Assembly: GCA_050273025.1 (NCBI GenBank)
Contig: CP158635.1
Coordinates: forward strand, 30,132,001-30,196,000
Reading direction: 5' to 3'
Origin: Cenococcum geophilum
Taxonomy: Eukaryota
DNA length: 64,000 bases
The position numbers were made by a program, and so were the translations under genes. Position 1 is the first letter of the stretch. The number at the start of each line of letters is the position of its first letter. This document shows, piece by piece, positions 54,316 to 64,000 of this stretch. The notes beneath the pieces are model-generated. The model ran no database searches. It worked only from the letters and a program-made list of their open reading frames with translations, and had not been told where the DNA came from.

Positions 54316-54508
54316 TGTGACGGCTCGAACTATCAAACAAATGTCTCGACAGAGACTTAAATGAATGCTTGCAAGGAGAAGCGAACGAATGCTGTATTAC
54401 AAAGATATTAAGCTAAGGAGCAAGAGAAGGTGGTGAGGCCACGTCCATATACACATGCCAAGTCCTAAGCGAACCCCTGACTAGGTGACGCGCCCCAGCG
54501 CCGTCACA
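54316..54508 (-). mobile_element. Solo LTR (193 bp), TSD agtta, in Copia B
   Basis: Inverted homologue of 33826-34018. Confidence 0.92.
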
Positions 54509-56873
54509 AGTTAGGTGGTTAATTGCCTTTTTATTAACGTTATCGTGTCCAGAGCGTTTAAGGACTCTATATAGCTTTTTAGCTAACAGGTAGCTAAAAC
54601 AGCGGTGCAGGCAATGGATTTCAGTACTAGTAAGGTGGCATAGGTTATAGTTAAAAGATTCCTAAATATAGGTCTGTAAAGTCTCTCCCTATATAAGGAA
54701 CGGGTGTTTAAATCGTCGTATAATTAGCAGGGTAGTATGCTTACTTCCTAGGGTAGTTATAGGGCCAATTACGGTATCCGTAATATTGTTATAGTAAACC
54801 TATAACCTATCCATATCTACAAAACAGAGTAAAAAAGGGGTATCCGCTTTTACTACGTAGAAGTTAACTAGGCTAATTAGGGTCTTAACTACAACTAATC
54901 CAATTAATATAGTTAAGCCGATGCCAAATTGGACGTTTACGGCCCCAGTTTGCGTAGTATTAATATCCGTATTATCATTTACGGTGGTCTTATATACAAG
55001 ATATTGTCCATAACCTATAGTAGACTTCTTAAAGGCACCTATATTAATTATAACGCTATAGAATTCTTTAGGGGTATAGCGTTTTGTAGTAATATATGCA
55101 AATAGGTCCTATTTGCGGTCTATAGCGTCCATAACAGGTCCAACAGGTGTATTTATAGACTGGTTTTTAGGTGTAATTAAGGGTATAAAGGAGCGGTCGG
55201 CTAATACGGTCATAGTATTAAAGGCTTAGCTATCCGTAAAAGGTCTAAAAGTAGTTAAGAATATTTCTAAGGTCTCCTATTTCTAAGTGTTTAAGTTAAA
55301 GTCAATTATAAGGGCTTCTGTTAACTCGTTAAGGGACTTCTCTACTTCCTCTCCTTCGTATTCTAAGATAAACTAGTTAATCCGTTTATTAAATCTCTTC
55401 TTAGACCTATTATGTTCTTCCTAGGTATACCTTATAGACTAACATTCTTCCTTACTACATACAAAGTATTTCTAATTGGTTCGTTTATGGGGGTATACTT
55501 TTGTATAGGAGTTACTGCGGGGGTTATAGGTAGGACTTAGTCGATGTAGGTACTGCTAGTAGTAGCGGCGGTCCGTAAAGTAGGCATCTAAATTAGTTTA
55601 TAAATTTTATAGGTCCATAATAAAGGCTTAAGTACTACCTAGCGGGTTTAAGGCTTTGTACGTTGCAATAGAGGACCGTAAATTGTTAATAAGGCCAGCT
55701 ATAGTGTCTGCGGGCTTATAATAGGCGTATTTATAGGATTCTATTTCCTAGTAAGCCGTAATAAGTTTATTGTGCAGGAAGTCGTCCGTTTAAAGCTTAA
55801 TATTAAGACTATACTATAGGTGGCGGAGGTCTTTAATAAGGATTTGCAGGCACTCTATAGTCGATTTTTTAGTGTTCTTGTTTATTACGGTCCGTAACTT
55901 AGTTGCATTTTATTAGGTAAGGATATTACGTTTATATTCTGGTCCTTTAAAGTAGTTGCGTATAGCTTTACATAGCTTATTAAAGGGAACACTAAGGGGG
56001 TTACTCTTAAGGTTAGTATAGTAGTGGTTAAGTGCTATGCCGCGTAGTATGGTAGAGTAGGCTTAGCTAAACTCCTGTTTAGGAATATCGGCCTTCTAAC
56101 AGAGGTCTATAAAGATAGTTAGTTTAAAGTTAAAGTTATCGTTTTTACCGCTATACTTAGATTCGTCGGTATAGAGCTTAGCTAGGTTAGCTAGCTCCTT
56201 ACTATAGGTCTTTACTTAGGTAGTTTACGGATTTATAACTTAAATAATAGAAGGGGTTTAGTCCGTAATTTAATTTGCGGGGGTATTATAGTCCGTAATT
56301 TGGGTTACGGAGGTATTATGGTCTATAACTTAAGTACTAGGTATACCTTAGCCCGTAAGATTAATTCTAAAATCGCTTAGGTTTATAGGATAAATTTAGT
56401 AGAATAGGTTAGGTATAAGGCTAGCAATCCTATTAAGTTTAGAAGAAGTAAAGAGTTTATTAGTTTCTTTAGCCTAGTTTAGGATTTCCTCTTTAGTCTA
56501 TTCCGTTTGGTCCTTCTTATATATTATATTATATAAGGACCGTACAACAGTAACTTATTTATCCCTTTTAATCTATACACCTTAGTTATATAAAAGGGTC
56601 CGTAGGTTATAGATAGTAGTAGGGCTGCAGGCCTTAAAAATAGCTTCTATAAAGTCCGCAAAGTCTTCCTAGTATTACTCCTATAGGTCGTTGTTTATAA
56701 GCTTAAAGTATTTATACTTAAGGATTTTAAATTTAATATAGTTGTTAACATTAGTTATAGACGTAAGGTTAACTCCCTGCCTCCACTTTTCTTAACCTTT
56801 ATTAATTTACTTGCTAATGTCTGCTATACTATATCGTGTAGTATATAACGGGTGGAAGAGGTCTTATAGTGTT

Positions 56874-57068
56874 CCGTAAAGGTAGTTAGCGGGTCTATAA
56901 CAGTTTGCGAAAGGGTAAGAGGTTTTATAACGGTCCGTAAAGGTAATTAGTAGGTCCGTAACGGCTTGCAGGAGGGTAAAGGGTCTCTATAAGGTCTTAT
57001 AACGGTCCGTAAAGGTAATTAGCGGGTCTATAGTAGTTTGTAGGAGGGTAAAAGGTTTCCGTAAAGGG
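56874..57068. repeat. Three ~60-72-bp tandem units in the Copia B leader
   Basis: tccgtaaaggtaattag...agggtaa recurs. Confidence 0.75.
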
Positions 57069-60000
57069 TTTAAGGGAGGTTATAGTAGGAATAGGGGTTT
57101 AAGGTTTAAGGATAGGGGGTTCTATATAGGTCTATATTCGCGTTTATAAACTTTTAGTAAACCGTACTAAGACTTAAATAAGTATACAGAGTTAGTGATA
57201 AGTCCGCAATCCCTGACTTCCAACCTTCTAGCAGGTCGTACTAGGAGTCTAAATAGGTGGTCGCTGTTATATATCGCTTGGGGGGGTATTAAGTAATTAC
57301 TAATCTATACGCGCTTACTAATTAGTGTTTATACTAACTTAATAGTATAAGTAAGTCATATCCCGGGGCACGAAATACGTATAGTATCGTATGCTCTTTG
57401 GGATAGTGGTGACTATCTCTTATATTAAAGCAAACTACGTAGTCTATATACTAATGCATCCTCCCCCCTTAATTAGTTAGTGCCCTAGGAGTGCACCAGA
57501 CGCGTAAGCGGGTAGTTAGTACACCGAACGCGTAAACGCGTGGCCAGTGTACCGAACGCGTAGGCACGCGGTTAGTACAACAGGTGCTGTAATTATACAT
57601 CTATAATAGCCGCCAGTATTATATCCGTACTCTAAAAATAATTAGTAGAGATATAGAAGTCTTTTATAAACGCCCTTATATAAAACTAAGCTACTTTAAA
57701 TTAATAATAAGCCGAATAAGAACTACGATATTAGTAATTAATTAAGGACCCCTAAGAAGAAGTCCGCATCCTTAAGATGCCTATACTAGGACCTTAAGAC
57801 CAAACGCTATCTTTAGAGATAAATACGCGGAATAAGAGCCTCGAACCCATAGTAGTTACTTACCCTAACCTAACTACTGTATTAAAATAATCTAAATAAC
57901 TACTAGATCCCCTAGTATTTACTAGTAAATAATAAGAGCTCTAATTATTTCTGGGCTAGCTTAAAAATAAGCTAACTAGTAACGCTAACTATTACCTAAC
58001 TAAAGCTAACTAACTCTGTTACGCCCTAAGTTAACTAGGAAGAAAGGCAGCTAACCTTATTAAACCTCTCTAGCTAAACTTAGTATAAAGCCTAGTTATA
58101 CTTCTTAAAGCCTTATATAATAACCTAAACCGCTAAGCTATTACTTAGAGAAAGATAAACTACATAGCTTAAGGAACGAAAAGTTTCCTAGTATACTTTT
58201 CTAAATTTAACCGTTATATAAAGAAAACATGCTGGAACGACTCCGCACTAATTAATAGCCTTATTAAATCCCTAAGCCCTAAACTAAAGACCTCCCTAAT
58301 AGGCGTAGACCTCCTAGGAGCCCTTAATACCTATATAAACGTTATTAATAAACGGTATAATAATATACTACGCCTAATACTAAAGCCCGCTCCTTAATAT
58401 AATACAATAGCCTTATAAAAGCCTATTAAGTTATTAACCCAACCAAGGCACCCTAACGCTATAGATATTAATAATGGGACCTTAGAATACGCTTTACTAG
58501 GGTCCCCTAAATAAGAACGACGTATTAAGCTAGGCCTTTACTTTAAATATGGAAGTAAGGCTTATATCTTAAGATACTGCTCTATCCCTATGTCCTAAAA
58601 CGACTTATAAAGGGCTAATACTAGCAGCCGTTTACCGTATTAATTTACCAGTTACTATTTCTAATCTTCATTTAGCACCAGCCCCGTATCTAGTAAGTAT
58701 TACTTATAAGGATAAAGCTATAACTAATATCCTATAGGAACCCCTTTCTGCTCGCCACTAAAAGGTATATTTTAGAGTTAAGTTGCTCTTTAGGACAGCT
58801 ATGCCATAGAATCTTATTAAATACTTTAGATATAGCAAACCCTAACTTTTAGAATTGTAGTATAACCGTTAATTGCCGTCTTTAGTAAAAAGGTTAATAG
58901 GTTAATACTTATGTCCTAATTAATATAGGAGCTAGCAGTATAAAATTTATTAATAAGATCGTTGTATAAGATAATAGTTTTACCCTAATACCCCTTAACT
59001 GGCATATTAACGTATTTAGATTTAATAGTAAACGTACTATCTCGGGCCGTATTACTTATATAACAGCCCTAAGACTCCAATACCTAGACCATAAAGAATT
59101 AATTAAGCTCCTTTTAATCACCTTAAGTTACCTAGTAATCCTTAGATAATTCTAGATAAAGCTATATAAGGTAACTATTAACTAGAACAACCTTAAGCTT
59201 CTATTTACCGCCTCCCATTATAAGTAGAAGTGCTTTATAACTTACTACTTAGACCCTAAACTAAAATCTAGGAAATCTACTAAAATCTATTAGCCTAAGA
59301 TTTTCACTAATATCTACCCTACGCCTAAGGAATCTACCAGATTCTACCAACCTAGGAATTCCACTAAATTCTACTAATATAAGATTTCTACCAATATCTA
59401 TTAAGGACCCAAAAATTCCACTAAACCCCGTAAATTAATTTTAAGCGCTATACCGCCTAAAGCCAGGCAGAAGCTTAAGCTTACTACATAAAGATATTAG
59501 AAGGACTAGTATTCTACTATAAAAAGGATACTTAAAAAACCTAAACCCAAATCTAATACTAACTCTATACCTAATACTAAACCTAAAATTAAGTAAGGAA
59601 CTATATAAGAAACTATAGACGACTAGAGCCTATTTAACGCCCTAGATATCTATATAATTAGAGCTACCCCGCTAGTATAACTTGCTAAAAGACCTAAATA
59701 TTCAATCTTTACTATTACAATAGCTAATATTAAGAAGGCCTTAGTACTAAAGAAGTATACCAACTCTGCTATAAAGGTATTAGTAGAGTACTATAACTGT
59801 ATAGAGGTATTTTTATAGAAGGAAGCTAATAAGCTACTGGAATACCGACCGTATAATTATAAGATTGTACTTAAAGAAGGAAAGTAGCCTAGATTTAGAC
59901 CCCTATATAGGATATCCTAAAATAAACTCTAAGTGCTATAAAAGTACCTAGACGAGAACCTATGTAAAGGATTTATTAGAGTAAGCTCTTTACCTATAGC

Positions 60001-63000
60001 CGTACTAGTAATCTTTGTTAAGAAACTAAGCAGCGGACTATGCTTTTACGTAGACTACTAAGCTCTTAACGCCGTTGCCGTTAAGAACTAATATCCAATC
60101 CCGCTAATATAAGAGACGCTAAACTAATTAAGTAAGGCTCGCTTCTATATAAAGCTTAATATTATCCCCGTATTTAACCGCCTCCGCATTATAAAAGGAG
60201 ATAAATAGCTTACTACATTTCGTACCTAATATAGATTATTTAAGTACTTAGTAATACCCTTTGGCCTCATAAACGCTCTAAGCTCGTTCTAACATTATAT
60301 AAATAACACCCTATATTCTTACCTAGATATCTTCTATACTACTTATATTAACGACATTCTAATATATAGTAATAACCTAACTAAATACCGGAAATATGTT
60401 AATCTTATTTTATAAGCCCTATAAGGAGCTAGTCTATAATTAAATATAGATAAATATAAATTCTATAAAATAGAAGTCCTATACCTTAGGCTTCTTATTT
60501 CTATAAATAGTATATAAATAGACCTAAAGAAAGTTAGAGTAATTATAAACTAGTAAGGACCTAAGAATGTTAAGGATATAAGAGCTTTTATAGGATTTGC
60601 CAATTTCTACTAACGGTTTATTAATAACTTCTCCGCCCTACTTTTATCCCTTATGGCCCTAACCTAAAAGAATAAAGCCTTTATCTTTAATAAGGAATAT
60701 AAAAAGGCCTTTACTTATTTAAAGGTTATATTTACTACCGCGCCTATACTTTAATACTTTAACTTAAACTAAATAAGTATTATAAAAGCTAACTTATCTA
60801 ACTACGTTACTAGAGGTATCCTATCTTAATATAATAAGGATGGAGTATTATACCCTATAGTATACTTCTTAAAATAACTAAGCCTAGCTAAATATAACTA
60901 TAAGATTTATAATAAAGAATTGCTAGCTATTATTAGATATTTTAAATAATAGTAACTCAAACTAAAAGGCGCTGGATTTTTAATTAAGGTCCTTAGCGAC
61001 TATAAGAATCTATAGTATTTTATAACTATAAAACAGCTAAGCTACCGTTAGGCCTACTAGTTAGAATACTTATTTTATTTCTAATTCTTAATTATATACT
61101 ACCTAGGCGTTTAAGGTTAAAAGCCTAATACCTTAACCTAATGCTCGCAAGACGTGCTAGTATTAGAAGAAGCGCGCTTCTACTAAAATTAGACACTACT
61201 CCGTCCTAAACTATTTAATCCTTTTACTAAAGACTTTATATTACGCGTCCTTAAAATAACTAACTAATTAATTAAATAGATTATAGTTAATAAATATCTA
61301 AATAACGAGTTTATCTAAGAGACGCTTAAGATAATTTAAGATAGCATTAGACGCTCTAAAGGGATTTCTTTAAGTAAATACAAAGCTTATGGAGACCACT
61401 TATATTACTAGAACCGTTTAGTTATCCCTAATTATAATAAACTTAAGCTTAAGCTCTTTAAATATATATACGACCTACTAGTAGCTAGTTACCTAGGCTA
61501 AGGAAAAACCCTAGAGCTACTCTAATAGGAGTACTACTAGCTAAATATATATAATATAATATAAAGGTACGTCTCTAGCTACTATATCTACTAATAAGCT
61601 AAAGCTTTATATAAGACGTATAACAGCCTTTTAAAGCTATTACCTATTCTAGACTAAAGATAGAAGAATATCTTAATTAATTTTATTATTAATCTCCCCG
61701 TAAGTAAAGGCTATATAAATATTATAGTAGTTATAAACCGACTATTTAAAATAAGATATTTAATTACCTACCCTAATATATTAATACCTACCATTGCTTA
61801 ATTATTCCTAGACTATATATAGAAACTCCATAAACTCCCTAAAACGATTATCTCTAATAAAGGTAGCTAGTTTATCTCTATATTTTAGAAAGAATTAACT
61901 ACCTAACTTTGCATTAAAGTACTATTATCTACTATATATTACCTAGAAACGGATGGTTAAATAGAATATATAAATGCTATAATAGAACAGTATATTTGGA
62001 TATATATGTTATATTTATAAGATAACTAGATTAACTAGCTTATATTTACTAAGTTTACTATAAATAACTCTATCTTAAAAACTATAAAGATCTCCCTATT
62101 TCTAGCTAACTACGGCTAGCATTTATAAATGGGCTTAGACCTTTTAGTAATATCCCTCGCCCTACTCGCTACGCCTTATAAGTTATAAAAGTAAATAAAT
62201 TTATAGAGAAGATAGAGGAACTATAATAGTTCCTTACTAATAAAATAATATAGGCCTAATTTATCTATAAAGCTATAGTAAATAAGAAATAAACCCTAGC
62301 ACTAGCCTATTAAATTAGTAACTTTATTTAGCTAAATATAAGAAATCTAAATATAAAACGCCTTGCTAAGAAGCTTAATTAAAAACGCTAGCCCTTATAA
62401 GGTTAAGAAGGTTGTTTTCTTTTACGCCTACTAAATAAAGCTCCCTAATACGGTTAAAATTCACCCTATATTTTATACGTCAGTCCTTTACCCTACTACC
62501 CCCATATTAGACGCCCTACCTAAATAAATATAAAACCCTCCCCTACTAGTTAAAGTAGATAGTAAGAACGAGTACTTTATTAAAAGAATTAATGGCATTA
62601 AGTATAATAAGCGAAAACGTTAATATATATACCTTATAAAATAGAAAGGCTTTACTAAGCCCTTATAGGAACCTGTTAACTCTATAGAACTTATATAAGC
62701 TATAGAAGACTTTTACAAACTCTATCTAAAACTACTATAGCCCTATCTCGCAAAAGCTTAAGTTTAAAGGGGGGGGTACTGTTATAGGACACCCCCGTAA
62801 CACCTTATATACGTTTACCTATTTCTACTAACTTAGCAACTAGAGATTAACTATAAGACGGCAATCTAATAGTAATCTACGGCAATCTAACAGCAATCTG
62901 CCGCATTCTACTATATTCTACTAAGTTCTACTAAATCCTGCTAAGTACTACTAGGACTACTACCTAAATCCTATTCTGCTCCGTATATATATTAACTGAG

Positions 63001-63507
63001 CAACCAAGTCCATAATATGTACCCTTTCTTCCCATTTTCCTACCTTCTTTCCTTACGCAATGTCTTGACCTCCTTATACAGTTTATATACATAGCTTAAT
63101 AATATCTACCTTGCTATATATTATCGCTGCTTATGCTTACTCCGTGACATCTCCAAACAATCGGCAGCGCTAGTAAGCACTTACAACGAGATGCGCCTGG
63201 GTAGTGTATACTGAGGCTCTATATAGAAGATTCCAGAGAAGGCAGGAAGGCGGCAGCGACTCGATATAAAAAGGACTATATTTAATTAATAAAAGACATT
63301 CCCAAGCCTCTACAGAGCTAGACGCTAGACTAGCGCAGACCTCAACACCTTCCAATTAGCTAGCATATTAATTGCTCAATCAAATATATATATATATATA
63401 GCATTTTATTTGAAGCTTCAAGAACGAATTTGATGCGTCTGGCGTTGAAATTCATATTCTGCCTGTGGGAGCCAAACTCTCTAATTAGGAAGGTGCAATT
63501 GGCTGTG

Positions 63508-64000
63508 TTAGAGGCTTTCTATATAGGGAGTAGGAGGCACGTGCCCTTCCTCCCCCCAATTTTCTCTAGATTTCTGGGCGGCACGTCGCATACGGAAGGA
63601 ATAACAGAGTACTCCGACAATCACTAAGAGGCCCATAGAGACACCTACGCCTATACCGGCTTTCGCACCCGACGAAAGACCTGGAGTTGGGGAAGCTGAA
63701 GTGGAGCTTGTGGAAGTGTTTGCTGCAGTGTGAGAAATCAAGGTCTTGACCGATGTGATGGTGGCTGTAACTGTAGCAGTAGAAGTCTGGGCGTTGACCT
63801 GTGTTGACTGGGTGGATGAGGCGGCTAGGTTTCCGCTGACGAAAACGACCAAAACAGCGGCGTAGCTATGTAGAATTAGCGTCGTACTGATGTAAGCAAT
63901 GGAGGGCCAGGAGGTTCCTACGCAGCGGTTGCAGCAAATACATCCTGACGCCTTGCATTAGTGAGAACAGCGAGAGATGCAGCGAAAGCAACCGTGAAGC
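63508..64000 (-). CDS. 3' part of a probable host gene: DUF6594-like membrane protein with a Ser/Thr-rich linker and extra TM helix; intron 63866-63921
   Basis: Splicing GT..gctaat..TAG gives FTVAFAASLAVLTNARRQDVFAATAAYAAVLVVFVSG, then an S/T-rich tract and GAKAGIGVGVSMGLLVIVGVLCYSFRMRR. The sequence is GC-balanced and CpA is retained. Confidence 0.8.

Larger units (their letters stand above)
51142..57599 (-). mobile_element. Ty1/Copia element B (GalEa-type), full length, 274-bp LTRs (51142-51415, 57326-57599), TSD tctat
   Basis: RT KPLYGVPEAGNHWF (~52745-52790) and RNase H NPADAITK (~51750-51772). ctaattagt lies next to the 5' LTR. Confidence 0.95.
50714..63149 (+). mobile_element. Ty3/Gypsy chromovirus C, full length, LTRs 50714-51081 and 62780-63149, TSD tctcc; hosts Copia B
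   Basis: Paired LTRs, TSD and PPT aaaggggggggtac. RT reads YINDILIYS (~60345), with integrase and chromodomain EYFIKRI...YLIK*KGF..PL*EP (~62570-62680). Confidence 0.95.

Noticed and set aside
1..63149. Alternative genetic code with TAA/TAG read-through
   Set aside because: The stops coincide with CpA/TpG transitions that also alter sense codons and non-coding DNA, so RIP explains them fully.

Overview
This window is a RIP-degraded, AT-rich transposon nest from a filamentous ascomycete (Pezizomycotina). TpA is in strong excess, CpA/TpG is depleted, and every long element has TAA/TAG where CAA/CAG/TGG codons are expected. Most junctions could be resolved from target-site duplications (TSDs). 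The window holds five Ty3/Gypsy elements, three Ty1/Copia elements (two GalEa-type), two hAT elements, a Tc1/IS630-like transposase relic, an ORF1-only LINE, several solo LTRs and two related TA-flanked TIR elements, nested up to five levels deep. The only probable host gene is the 3' part of a DUF6594-like membrane protein gene at the right edge. The most unusual observation is a 1.57-kb TSD-flanked Copia-LTR-derived unit carrying a BIR (inhibitor-of-apoptosis-like) domain ORF. Also notable are spliced antisense Zn2Cys6-like ORFs in two Gypsy copies, a TIR element built from four minisatellite arrays, and twin flip/flop hairpins. All protein calls are manual translations with RIP reversal; no searches were run.
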